Source: Candidatus Woesearchaeota archaeon
Lineage (GTDB): Archaea > Nanobdellota > Nanobdellia > Woesearchaeales > UBA10216
Length of the DNA stretch: 63,398 nt
Reading direction: 5' to 3'
Assembly: GCA_016188155.1 (NCBI GenBank)
Contig: JACPIH010000002.1
Location: forward strand, 1-63,398
The position numbers and the translations under genes were made by a program. Within the stretch, counting starts at the first letter, position 1. The number at the start of each line of letters is the position of its first letter. Shown piece by piece: positions 53,360 to 62,645 of the stretch. Below the pieces are notes generated by a model, which was not told the DNA's origin, made no database searches, and saw only the letters and a list, made by a program, of their open reading frames with translations.

Positions 53360-55616
53360 AAATTATTGCCGACTGACCCTGATTGGCAACAGTGAAAAGG
53401 CCAGAAGAGGCAACAGCATCAATCATGGCTAATGTGCTGTTAAAGCTGTAAGTCTTTGTATCAATCCCGCCTATGATAAAATAATCGTAATTATTGTCCC
53501 TCATGAAGCTGTGCAGCTCCACAGGGGTGATGTTGTAGAAACGCTTCTTCATATCGTACTCAGGCTTGCACCAGCCGCAAGAGTACTTGTCAAACCCTAT
53601 AACCTGGTCAGGGCTGGAAAAGGTAAACACCCTTGTGTTAGTCGGAAGGCTCATAAGCCAGGAGAATGTGATAACCTCAGACTGTGTAACGCAGCCAGAC
53701 TCCTGGTCAAGAACAAGCTCTCCAGACCAGAAAGCCCCAGCAGGCCAGCAAGCGGTGTTGACATCGTACTTCTGCTTGGCAGACGTGAACAAAACACCAG
53801 CTACCACAATAGCAATTAAAATTACCTTCGCAGTTGTTGCTGTTGCCTTATCAAGCCTGAACAGGTTTATTGCGTTTAGTAAGGAAAAAAATCCTTCTGC
53901 AGCAATAAGAGCAACAGGGATTGCAAGAATCATCCAGAAGCGGAAAGCAAAAAGCCCAACAGGCAGGTTGAATGTTTTGTTGTTAACTCCCAAAAAGGCA
54001 AAAAGAAGCCAGCCCAGAAGGATTGCTATGAAAATAGGCCTGCTATCTGTGCCAGAGACACCTTCGACGCTGTTGCTGCCGCTACTACTGCCGCTACGAT
54101 GACTGGCGACAACAACAGAAACTAATGACAAAAGAAACGCTGCAGCCAAGGAAACAAGCACCAGGGACAATGCAAAAACTCCAGCATAGGAGGGAGGGTT
54201 AGCCCAGTTCTGCGATATAGCATACGGCCTAGCGACCTGGTCCTCCTCATAGAACTCCTTTTGAAACTCAAGCGTATTTGAAGCAATGATTGCAGCTAAA
54301 AATATGCACAAGACAACTGCCAATAAGGCAACTACTTTGGGCCTAGGCAAATGCTTCACAGATTCAGCAGCGAAGGAAAGGAAGCCAGCAAGTGCTAAGA
54401 TAGAAACAACCAAGCCAAGCCCTACCGGGTTGTTAATCATGTTCTGGCTGTGCACTACGACAAAGTCCCTAAGTGTGTAAGCCCTCGTAGCAGTCCCACT
54501 ATTAGGATTAAGTGCCTTGGTAATCAGGGCAAAAAACTTTGACAAAATGTTTGAAGTGCCTTGCAGCGTAGCAGTTGCCGCTTCGGCCCCTCCTTTAAAC
54601 CCGCCTTTGGCGGCATTTGCGAAAGCCTTCCACTTCAGTGCCCACCAGAAGAGCGAGAGAATAATGCCAAGAACAACAGCCTTGGCGTAATCGATGTTCA
54701 GCTTCAGCCATGACTTCCTGTCGGCAACAAACGATGAGAGAGCTTTAATTCCAAGGTAGATTGCAATAAAGCCAGAAAGCTTGACAGCGTGCGTTGGGTG
54801 GACAAGAAGTATTGAAGCAAGGCAAATTCCTGCAACAACCCACCATCTTTTGTCATTCCTAATCATCTCAAAAGCGTACATCGTCTGGAAGAAAACAGCC
54901 ATTGCAAGGGCAGGAGCCCAAATAAAGTGGCTCAGGTAAGCCGGGACAGAAGCCAGGACAAATGTAGAGAACAAAGCCTTCGCCCTGCTATTCAAGAATT
55001 GTTTCGCAAAAAAGTAAAAGAAAACAAGGCTCAGCGCTATAAAGAAGGCGTTAAAGAACTTAATGGTCCAGCTCATCGAGGGAGAGGTCTGGTGGAGTAT
55101 GCCAAAGGTCATGTCATAGCCAGGAGGGTAAGGGTCCATGTAATGGAAAGGGTAATACGACAGGGGAAAAGCTGTTTTCTCAATTGAAACGTATTTTACC
55201 GCAGAGGCATGCCCCCACGGGTCATCGTCTTCAAGGAAAGGATACTTGAAAGCACCTGAAACATACATGAACAGGGAAGCAAAGAAAATAATCAGGACAC
55301 AAACATTAATGAGGTTAGACAGCGTAACCTTTGCTGGAACACTGGGAAGATGCGAAAGCTGCCTGTACCCCTCTTTGAAAATGAGAAAATACAAAGGAAC
55401 AGCAACCGACAACAGCAGAAAAACCCGATAGTCCAAAGAAACACGCAACGTGTTAAGAACAATGCCTAACACGATAAAGGCTGAAAGGCCGAAGCCGACA
55501 CGCATAATGTTGCGCTCCAAGAAATTCTCGCTCTCCCTGACAAGCCTTGTAAGGGAAAAGCCGAGGCCCCAGGTGTACACGAAAAACAGGGCTATTGTGA
55601 ACAGCGAAGCAGGCAT
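53346..55616 (-). CDS. GT-C-fold-like polytopic membrane protein
   Basis: EDDDPWGHA and DPYPPGY in an early external loop; many TM segments; RFW motif; soluble C-terminal domain. Architecture resembles 40215-41942. Confidence 0.55.
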   Translation of the reverse strand: MPASLFTIALFFVYTWGLGFSLTRLVRESENFLERNIMRVGFGLSAFIVLGIVLNTLRVSLDYRVFLLLSVAVPLYFLIFKEGYRQLSHLPSVPAKVTLSNLINVCVLIIFFASLFMYVSGAFKYPFLEDDDPWGHASAVKYVSIEKTAFPLSYYPFHYMDPYPPGYDMTFGILHQTSPSMSWTIKFFNAFFIALSLVFFYFFAKQFLNSRAKALFSTFVLASVPAYLSHFIWAPALAMAVFFQTMYAFEMIRNDKRWWVVAGICLASILLVHPTHAVKLSGFIAIYLGIKALSSFVADRKSWLKLNIDYAKAVVLGIILSLFWWALKWKAFANAAKGGFKGGAEAATATLQGTSNILSKFFALITKALNPNSGTATRAYTLRDFVVVHSQNMINNPVGLGLVVSILALAGFLSFAAESVKHLPRPKVVALLAVVLCIFLAAIIASNTLEFQKEFYEEDQVARPYAISQNWANPPSYAGVFALSLVLVSLAAAFLLSLVSVVVASHRSGSSSGSNSVEGVSGTDSRPIFIAILLGWLLFAFLGVNNKTFNLPVGLFAFRFWMILAIPVALIAAEGFFSLLNAINLFRLDKATATTAKVILIAIVVAGVLFTSAKQKYDVNTACWPAGAFWSGELVLDQESGCVTQSEVITFSWLMSLPTNTRVFTFSSPDQVIGFDKYSCGWCKPEYDMKKRFYNITPVELHSFMRDNNYDYFIIGGIDTKTYSFNSTLAMIDAVASSGLFTVANQGQSAIIFRPV

Positions 55617-55781
55617 CGGCTGCCGAGCAGGCAGAACGGTATATAAAGTTATTCGGTGGAACGCATTGGTAAAAGAAGGGAGGGTAAATGAAGGCGGGTA
55701 ACGGCTGGCAAATATGGGCTGTAAAAAGTTTTAAATACCACCTTCTTAAACAGAACGTCAAATCTTTAAAGGGACTGGTAA

Positions 55782-56981
55782 ATGACAAATCCTGCGCGGT
55801 TTGACTTGGCCATAGTTGGCGGATTAGGGCATGTTGGATTACCTCTTGGCATAACCTTCGCAAACAAAGGGCTGAAGGTCTGCCTCCACGACCTTGACGA
55901 AAAAAATGCAGAACTGGTCAGGAGAGGAGCGATGCCATTCCTTGAATACGATGCAGAGCCTGTCCTAAAAAAAGTCATTGCAAACGGCAACCTAGCCGTT
56001 TCAACAGAACCTAGCTGCTTGTCAGAGGCGAAAACAATAATTATCGCGATAGGCACGCCTGTTGACGAATACTTGAACCCGAAAACGAGGCAGTTCCTCG
56101 AAATAATTCTTGGGCTGAAAAAATACTTCAACAAAAACCAAACAATAATAATACGAAGCACAGTCTACCCCCACACTTGCAAGCAGCTGCTCAAGCAGCT
56201 AAACCAGAATGGAAAGGAGCAATGGCACATCGCATACTGCCCAGAAAGGATAATGCAGGGCCATGCGATGAGAGAACTTTTGGAGCTGCCACAGCTCGTA
56301 GCAGGGCTGAGCGAGAAAGCAATAAAAGACTCAACAGAACTCTTCAGCATCATCTCACCAAAGATAATACCGGTCTCCATTGGAGAGGCAGAGCTGGCAA
56401 AACTTTTCGCCAATGCGTGGAGATACATCCAATTTGCAATAACAAACCAGTTCTACATGATAGCGCACAACTTCGGAGCTGACTACAACAAGGTCAGGAA
56501 GGCAATGATAGACGGCTACAAAAGGGCAGAAACGCTGCCAACAGCAGGATTTGCCGCTGGGCCGTGCTTGTTGAAAGACACAATGCAGCTTGCTGCCTAC
56601 AGTGGCAACAGCTTTCTTCTTGGCCATACTGCAATGATGGTTAATGAAGGGCTGCCACACTTCATAGTTGAAGACCTGAAAAAAAGGTGGGACCTGAGCA
56701 ATACGAAGGTTGGCATCTTGGGAATGGCATTCAAGGCAGACATTGATGATGTAAGGGACTCGCTGTCATTCAAGCTTGGAAAAATTCTGAGATTTGATGG
56801 GGCAAAAGTCTACTACTCTGATGAATATGCAAAGAATCCAGACTTTGTAACTAAAGAAGAGCTGATAAGAGAAAGCCAAGTGATAATCGTGGCGGTTCCA
56901 CACTCGCAATATAAAGGGCTCGTAATACAAAAAGGGAAAGAAGTCTTGGATCTTTGGGGCGTTATCAAGCAGGAACAGTAA
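55782..56981 (+). CDS. Nucleotide-sugar dehydrogenase (UDP-glucose/GDP-mannose dehydrogenase family)
   Basis: VGGLGHVGLP, IGTP, RSTV, YCPER, ELAKLFANAWR, GPCLLKD and GMAFKADIDDVRDS motifs. Confidence 0.92.
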   Translation: MTNPARFDLAIVGGLGHVGLPLGITFANKGLKVCLHDLDEKNAELVRRGAMPFLEYDAEPVLKKVIANGNLAVSTEPSCLSEAKTIIIAIGTPVDEYLNPKTRQFLEIILGLKKYFNKNQTIIIRSTVYPHTCKQLLKQLNQNGKEQWHIAYCPERIMQGHAMRELLELPQLVAGLSEKAIKDSTELFSIISPKIIPVSIGEAELAKLFANAWRYIQFAITNQFYMIAHNFGADYNKVRKAMIDGYKRAETLPTAGFAAGPCLLKDTMQLAAYSGNSFLLGHTAMMVNEGLPHFIVEDLKKRWDLSNTKVGILGMAFKADIDDVRDSLSFKLGKILRFDGAKVYYSDEYAKNPDFVTKEELIRESQVIIVAVPHSQYKGLVIQKGKEVLDLWGVIKQEQ

Positions 56982-57015
56982 ATTTAAATAATGATAGCTG
57001 GCACTCGCTGATAAA

Positions 57016-57789
57016 ATGGGTGGCAACAGTGTCGTGCGGATCTTGCTGACAGGAGGCTCAGGTACGCTTGGAAGGCACATCCTCAAGTCAGGACTCTTCA
57101 AAAACGTCACTGCACCAAGCCACCATCAAATGGACGTTACAAAGCAAGAATCTGTCGAAATGTTCTTCGCAGAAAACGATTTTGACGCGGTAATACACTG
57201 TGCAGCCCTTGCCAGGGTTAGCGAGTGCGAGCAGCAGCCCGAAAAGGCAATAGCAGCTAACGCAACAGGAACTTGCAATCTAGCCGCTGCCGTAATTAAA
57301 AAAGAAAGGAAACGGAATAAGAGCATAAGATTTGTCCACATATCAACAGACGCCGTTTATGAGTGCACGAAAGGCAACTACAACGAAGGAGACGCTACAA
57401 TTCCATACAACAAATACGGGTGGACGAAGCTCTGCGCAGAAGCGGCGGTAAACCTGCTTACAAACTTCTGCATCATAAGGACAAGGTTCTTTGACCCAGA
57501 AAACATAAAATACGACTCATACGCTACAGACACGCACTCTTCCCAGATACAAGCCAGCGAGCTTGTAAAAGCAATCGCTACATTGCTAGAAAACGGGTTT
57601 GTTGGAGTAATAAATGTTGGCGGTGAAAAAGTGTCGGATTATGACGCTTACAAAAGGTTAAAGCCCTCGATAAAACCGTGCAAACTCAAAGACATACAAG
57701 CAAAGGTAAGCTTCAAGCTGCCAGAAGACGCCACACTTGACACAACGTTGTGGAAGAAGATTGAAAAGCGACACAGGGAGAAAGCATGA
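57016..57789 (+). CDS. RmlD/RfbD-like NDP-4-keto-sugar reductase (SDR)
   Basis: LLTGGSGTLG, HCAA, HISTDAVY and YGWTK motifs. Confidence 0.85.
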   Translation: MGGNSVVRILLTGGSGTLGRHILKSGLFKNVTAPSHHQMDVTKQESVEMFFAENDFDAVIHCAALARVSECEQQPEKAIAANATGTCNLAAAVIKKERKRNKSIRFVHISTDAVYECTKGNYNEGDATIPYNKYGWTKLCAEAAVNLLTNFCIIRTRFFDPENIKYDSYATDTHSSQIQASELVKAIATLLENGFVGVINVGGEKVSDYDAYKRLKPSIKPCKLKDIQAKVSFKLPEDATLDTTLWKKIEKRHREKA

Positions 57790-57833
57790 AAAGGAAGAAA
57801 TACCTTGTGACCGGAGGAACAGGATTCATATGA
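57786..57833 (+). pseudogene. 15-codon abortive NAD-epimerase N-terminus (MKRKKYLVTGGTGFI*) terminated by a palindromic element
   Basis: ATGA-coupled to the upstream stop. Duplicates the KKYLITGGSGFI start of the next gene; the stop is the TGA of the repeat. Confidence 0.7.
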
Positions 57834-57863
57834 CCTTTTTAGAAAAAAGGTCAATCAAAAAAA
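57831..57863. repeat. TGACCTTTTT-AGA-AAAAAGGTCAATCAAAAAAA element
   Basis: Near-identical to 36279-36310. Confidence 0.85.
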
Positions 57864-58882
57864 TGAAGAAAAAAATGAAGAAGTACCTCATAACTGGCGG
57901 AAGTGGATTTATCGGGAGTGCCATAGTCAAAAAGCTTGTCTGGAATGGGCACAACGTAAGAGTGCTTGATAATAACCTAAGGGGCGCCTCTGAAAGGCTA
58001 AAGGAAGTGGCCGGAAAAATAGAGCTTGTGCAGGCAGACATACGCGATGCCGCAGCTGTCCAGAAAGCATGCAAGGGCGTTGACTCGGTAATACACCTTG
58101 CCTACCTTCAGGGAACACAGTTCTTCTACACAAAGCCAGAGCTTGTGCTCGACATAGGAGTAAAGGGCATGATAAATGTTATTGGCGGCTGCATCAAGGA
58201 AAACGTAAAGGAGATTGCAGTGGCATCAAGCTCGGAAGTCTACAACATGCCGCCAAAAATCCCAACAGATGAAACCGCTCCTCTTATGATTCCAGACCCG
58301 CTCAACCCCAGATACTCATACTCTGCCGGGAAAATAATAAGCGAGATTATGACGATAAACTACGGCAGAAAAAACTTTGACCGCGCATTGGTCTTCAGGC
58401 CGCACAACGTCTACGGCCCGGACATGGGATGGGAGCACGTAATACCGCAACTGGTTTTGAAAATAAGGAAAATCGCGGCTGCAACTGCGGAAAATAAAAT
58501 AAAAGTGCCTATCCAAGGCACAGGAAAAGAAACAAGGGCATTCATATTCATTGAGGATTTCGTAGACGGCCTGATGCTCGTGCTGGAAAAAGGCGAGCAC
58601 CTCGGAATCTACCATATTGGAACAATGGAGGAAATGCCTATAGCAGCTGTTGCGAAAGAGATAGGGAACTACTTCGGAAGGCAGGTTGAAATCGTGCCAG
58701 GAGAGGCTGCAAAAGGCTCGCCAGCAAGAAGGTGCCCGGACACAACAAAGCTCAAAAAGCTCGGGTTCAAGCCAAAAACGCCATTCAGGGAAGGGCTAAG
58801 GATAACTGCAAAATGGTACGGCCAAAACTCTGAAAAACAGCCAAAGATTTCCCAGAACAGAGGGAAGCTCTATGAGAAATAG
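57863..58882 (+). CDS. NAD-dependent epimerase/dehydratase (UDP-glucuronate decarboxylase-like SDR)
   Basis: ITGGSGFIG, ASSSEVY, YSAGK, RPHNVYGP and RRCPD motifs. In-frame starts at 57830, 57863 and 57875. Confidence 0.9.
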   Translation: MKKKMKKYLITGGSGFIGSAIVKKLVWNGHNVRVLDNNLRGASERLKEVAGKIELVQADIRDAAAVQKACKGVDSVIHLAYLQGTQFFYTKPELVLDIGVKGMINVIGGCIKENVKEIAVASSSEVYNMPPKIPTDETAPLMIPDPLNPRYSYSAGKIISEIMTINYGRKNFDRALVFRPHNVYGPDMGWEHVIPQLVLKIRKIAAATAENKIKVPIQGTGKETRAFIFIEDFVDGLMLVLEKGEHLGIYHIGTMEEMPIAAVAKEIGNYFGRQVEIVPGEAAKGSPARRCPDTTKLKKLGFKPKTPFREGLRITAKWYGQNSEKQPKISQNRGKLYEK

Positions 58883-60140
58883 CCCGGACAAGCTCGCATT
58901 CAACACAGGCACAAGCGTTGTTGTGGAACAATGCCAGGTATGCGACTATGCTGGGCTCGAGCCAATACTCTTCCTCGGATATTTGCCGCCGGTAAACACA
59001 ATGCACCCCATGGGAGCCAGACCGAGGGAGCAGCCAAGCTACCCGGCACAGATGCTATACTGCCCAAAATGCGGCATGGCACAACTAGGGCTAATCGTTG
59101 ACCCAAAAATACTCTTCCCCCCGGAATACCCGTACACGAGCAGCACAACAAAAATCCTGCGGGATAACTTTTCGGAGCTGTATCAGGAGTGCAAAACAGT
59201 TGTAAAGTTAGGCGCGAACGATTTGATAGTTGACATTGGCTCAAACGACGGCAACCTTTTGAGCAACTTCAAGGACAACCACCGCGTCCTGGGAATAACT
59301 CCGGAGGAGATAGGAAAAATAGCCATTGAACGCGGAATACCGACAATAATAAGCTACTTCAGCCATGACCTTGCAAGAAAAATCGCTGCAGAAAAGGGCA
59401 AGGCAAAAATAGTAACCGCTACCAACGTATTTGCTCACATAGAAAACATACACGGCATCCTTGACGGGATACTTGAATTGCTTGCGGATGACGGTGTTTT
59501 CATATCAGAATCGCACTACCTGCTCTCGCTGATACAAACACTGCAGTACGACACAATCTACCATGAGCACTTAAGGTATTACTCGCTGCACAGCCTCAAG
59601 TACCTGCTTGAAATGCACGGCCTGGAAGTTATCCATGCTAAAAAGATACCTACTCATGGCGGCTCAGTGAGGGTGTATGCTGCACGAAAGGGAAAATACC
59701 CTGTAAAGCAAACCGTTGCTGAACTGCTGGAAGAGGAAAAGCCTGTAGTGCTGGACAAGAAAAACTTGCTGGAATTCAAGAAAAGGGTAACAGTTTCAAA
59801 ACTTGCACTGCACTCGCTGCTGCATAAAATAAAGAAAGACGGAAAAAAGGTTTACGGCATAGGAGCGCCTTCAAGGGCAAGCACCCTGGTCAACTACGTT
59901 GGAATAGACGACGGCATAATGGACTGCGTGCTGGAAATAAAAGGCTCGCACAAGGTAGGGAAGTACATGCCCGGAACCCTCATACCAGTGCTGGATGAGG
60001 CAAAGCTCTACGAAGACCAGCCGGAATACGCTATGCTGCTGTCGTGGCACATAGCAGACGAACTAATCCCAAAGATACGGCAAAAAGGCTTTAGGGGGGA
60101 ATTTATTGTGCCGCTGCCGGAGCCGAGGATTGTGAAATGA
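58872..60140 (+). CDS. NDP-hexose C-methyltransferase family protein (EryBIII/TylC3/NovU-like)
   Basis: CQVC...CPKC Zn site, YPYTSS, DIGSNDG, NVFAH, YDTIYHEHL.YYS, HGGS and GIGAPSRASTL motifs. Confidence 0.88.
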   Translation: MRNSPDKLAFNTGTSVVVEQCQVCDYAGLEPILFLGYLPPVNTMHPMGARPREQPSYPAQMLYCPKCGMAQLGLIVDPKILFPPEYPYTSSTTKILRDNFSELYQECKTVVKLGANDLIVDIGSNDGNLLSNFKDNHRVLGITPEEIGKIAIERGIPTIISYFSHDLARKIAAEKGKAKIVTATNVFAHIENIHGILDGILELLADDGVFISESHYLLSLIQTLQYDTIYHEHLRYYSLHSLKYLLEMHGLEVIHAKKIPTHGGSVRVYAARKGKYPVKQTVAELLEEEKPVVLDKKNLLEFKKRVTVSKLALHSLLHKIKKDGKKVYGIGAPSRASTLVNYVGIDDGIMDCVLEIKGSHKVGKYMPGTLIPVLDEAKLYEDQPEYAMLLSWHIADELIPKIRQKGFRGEFIVPLPEPRIVK

Positions 60141-60229
60141 AACAGGACAAATTTCTGCTAGAAATACAGAAGCCAAAGATGAAAGAGCTTTGGGACAACA
60201 CCGAAGACGAAAAGTGGGAGCACACATAA
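60137..60229 (+). CDS. 30-aa ORF resembling the acidic C-terminal tail of MazF-type antitoxins
   Basis: MKQDKFLLEIQKPKMKELWDNTEDEKWEHT; ATGA overlap with the upstream stop. Its EDExWEH motif matches the antitoxin at 1586-1828. Confidence 0.5.
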   Translation: MKQDKFLLEIQKPKMKELWDNTEDEKWEHT

Positions 60230-60237
60230 ACTCGGCA

Positions 60238-61278
60238 CTACTCAAACAGCTTTTTATTCTCAGAAACAAACCCAACCAGCTTCTTCACGCCCTCTTCCGG
60301 AGAGACCTTGGGCTCCCAACCAAGGGCTGATTTTGCTGCGGAGATGTCGGCAACGAACACTTTCTGGTCGCTGGGGCGCCAATCGCTGAAGCTGAGCTTG
60401 CTGCGCTTGCCAGTAAATTTTTCCAGCAAATCGAGCAGCTGCAGCAATGACAGAGTATTTTTAGGACCGCCGCCAGTGTTAAAAACGCCGTGCTTAAGGC
60501 TGCTTTTCAGGAAGCGGTCATAAAGGTCTATAAGGTCGGAAACGTAGAGCACGTCCCTGACCTGCTTGCCATCGCCATATATCGTGAGAGGCTTGCCGAG
60601 AATAGTAGCGATGGCGAACCACGCAACCCAGCCTTGGTCCTCAACGCCAAACTGCCTGGTTCCGTAGATACAGCTCATCCTGAAAACGCCAGTCTTCAGG
60701 CCGTAAACATGCGCGTAGTCCTGGGCGTAAAGGTCACCGGCCAGCTTGGAAACGCCGTAAGGGGTATGCTCGCACATGTCAATTGAAAAAGGTTCAGGGA
60801 CACCGGCCTTGAATGAGGGCTCAAACTCATAATGGTCCTGCCTTTCAACAATCCGGATTTTGTTAACATTACTGCCAAAAACCTTGTTAGTTGAGCAATG
60901 GATGATGGATGTGTTTTTGCCAGACTTCCTGGCAGCCTCCATAACGTTAAAAGTTCCGACAATATTCGCCTCAAAATCTGGCCTGGGATCAGTAATTGAG
61001 GTGGTAACGGCCGTCTGGGCGGCAGCGTGAAAAATAACGTCAGTATCTTTCGCTGCTGCAGCGATTTCCTTCTCGTTCCTGATATCCCCCTTAATGAATT
61101 TGACATTTTTGAACTGCTCAAGGTACTTTTTGTTGTAGTCAGCGTGCCTGATGGGCTTTTTCAGCAGTTCTGAACGGGAAAGGTTGTCAAAAACAACGAT
61201 ATCATGGCCTTCCTTAGCGTATCTTTCCGCTATGTGGCTGCCGATAAAGCCAGCCCCGCCAGTAACAAGAACTTTCAT
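60238..61278 (-). CDS. rfbE: CDP-paratose 2-epimerase (RfbE/Tyv)-like SDR
   Basis: VTGGAGFIG, HAAAQTAV, STNKVFG, TPYGVSK and GVEDQGWVAWF motifs. Start placed at ATG 61278. Confidence 0.8.
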   Translation of the reverse strand: MKVLVTGGAGFIGSHIAERYAKEGHDIVVFDNLSRSELLKKPIRHADYNKKYLEQFKNVKFIKGDIRNEKEIAAAAKDTDVIFHAAAQTAVTTSITDPRPDFEANIVGTFNVMEAARKSGKNTSIIHCSTNKVFGSNVNKIRIVERQDHYEFEPSFKAGVPEPFSIDMCEHTPYGVSKLAGDLYAQDYAHVYGLKTGVFRMSCIYGTRQFGVEDQGWVAWFAIATILGKPLTIYGDGKQVRDVLYVSDLIDLYDRFLKSSLKHGVFNTGGGPKNTLSLLQLLDLLEKFTGKRSKLSFSDWRPSDQKVFVADISAAKSALGWEPKVSPEEGVKKLVGFVSENKKLFE

Positions 61279-61368
61279 TTCAGCGTCAGGCAAGGCAGCC
61301 AAAAAACGCACTATAAAAAGTTTATTGAACATAACATATTTAAATCGGCAGAAAGCCACAAAAACAGA

Positions 61369-62259
61369 ATGAACGTCGTAGTCAGCATACCGGCTTATAA
61401 TGAAGAGGCAACCATAGCTGCTGTAATCAGGAACATAAAGGGAGTCCTGGGGAAGCACAGCAGCTATGTATATAGGGTTCTGGTTGTAGATGACGGCTCA
61501 ACAGACAGGACTGCGGAAGTTGCCAAAAATGAAGGGGCAGTGGTTTACTCGCACCCAAAGAATTATGGGCTTGCTGAGGCATTCAGGACAGAGATACAGC
61601 AGTTCCTAAAGCTAAAGCCTGAAGCTGGCGTGATGGTGCACATTGACGCAGATGGGCAGTACAAGGCAGAAGAGATACCGCTGCTGCTGCAAAAGATAGA
61701 GCACGGCAACGACTTTGTTCTCGGCTCAAGGTTCAAAGGGCACATCGAAAGCATGCCCCTAATCAAAAAAATTGGGAACAAGGCATTCTCAAAGGTTATT
61801 TCTCAGATAACAAGGACAAAGGTGTCAGACGCGCAGTCAGGGTTCAGGGCGTTCACCCGTGAGGTTGCTGAGGCAATACCAATAATATCAGGCCACACAT
61901 ACACGCAGGAGCAGGTAATAAGGGTAATAAGGAACAAGTTCAGAATGGCAGAAGTTCCGGTTTACTTTGCCGAGAGGAAGGGAAAAAGCAGGCTCATAAG
62001 AAACCCGTTTGAGTACGCAATAAAGGCGTGGATAAACATACTGCGGATATACCGCGACTATGAGCCAATAAGGTTCTTCGGATTGGTTGGGGGAGCAACA
62101 TTCGCAACTGGCTTTGCCCTTGGGCTTCGGCTGCTGTACTTTTACTTCACAACAGGCATCGTAGGCCACACCCCAAGCCTCATACTAAGCGTGCTGCTGA
62201 TGAGCGTAGGGGTGCAAATAGTAACGTTCGGGTTTTTGGCGGATATGATAAAAAAATAA
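61369..62259 (+). CDS. GT2 glycosyltransferase with C-terminal TM helices
   Basis: IPAYNEE, VDDGSTD, HIDADGQY and DAQSGFRA motifs. Start placed at ATG 61369. Confidence 0.9.
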   Translation: MNVVVSIPAYNEEATIAAVIRNIKGVLGKHSSYVYRVLVVDDGSTDRTAEVAKNEGAVVYSHPKNYGLAEAFRTEIQQFLKLKPEAGVMVHIDADGQYKAEEIPLLLQKIEHGNDFVLGSRFKGHIESMPLIKKIGNKAFSKVISQITRTKVSDAQSGFRAFTREVAEAIPIISGHTYTQEQVIRVIRNKFRMAEVPVYFAERKGKSRLIRNPFEYAIKAWINILRIYRDYEPIRFFGLVGGATFATGFALGLRLLYFYFTTGIVGHTPSLILSVLLMSVGVQIVTFGFLADMIKK

Positions 62260-62268
62260 AACAAAGAA

Positions 62269-62643
62269 ATGGCAATCACATATAAAGTCCAGATAAAATT
62301 GGCAAAGACGCCACAAAAGCTAGATTTGACTCCGTTTCCCGATATGATGGATGTCAACATATATGTTATGTTCGGAGTTAGTGGACTAGACGAGATTTTT
62401 ATCTTTCTAAATGAGCATGATGATGAATTAAACTTTTTAAAAGATCTGGATGAATTCATAGGAAGACTGAAAAAAGAAACCGGAATCTTAGCCATTGACC
62501 TTGAAGATTTTGTAGCCCTCTGCAATTACGAACAGTTCTTTAATGATATCAAAAAAATGGAATTAAAGAACTTACCAACCAATGATGTCGGAAAAATAAA
62601 ATCAGAAAACAGACATATGCTAACAAAAGACATTTTAAAATAA
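62269..62643 (+). CDS. Hypothetical protein (AT-rich, acidic)
   Basis: 124-aa ORF tightly packed between GT2 and rfbF; no family recognised. Confidence 0.55.
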   Translation: MAITYKVQIKLAKTPQKLDLTPFPDMMDVNIYVMFGVSGLDEIFIFLNEHDDELNFLKDLDEFIGRLKKETGILAIDLEDFVALCNYEQFFNDIKKMELKNLPTNDVGKIKSENRHMLTKDILK

Positions 62644-62645
62644 AC

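Noticed and set aside
54060-54115. ctgccgctacta-type tandem repeats in the 756-aa membrane gene
   Set aside because: A simple Ser/Gly low-complexity loop with no similarity to the hairpin family.
55613-55627. gcatcggctgccgag and similar short matches (27106, 51793-51815, 22616) as further hairpin-module copies
   Set aside because: Too short or degenerate to separate from chance without a statistical model.
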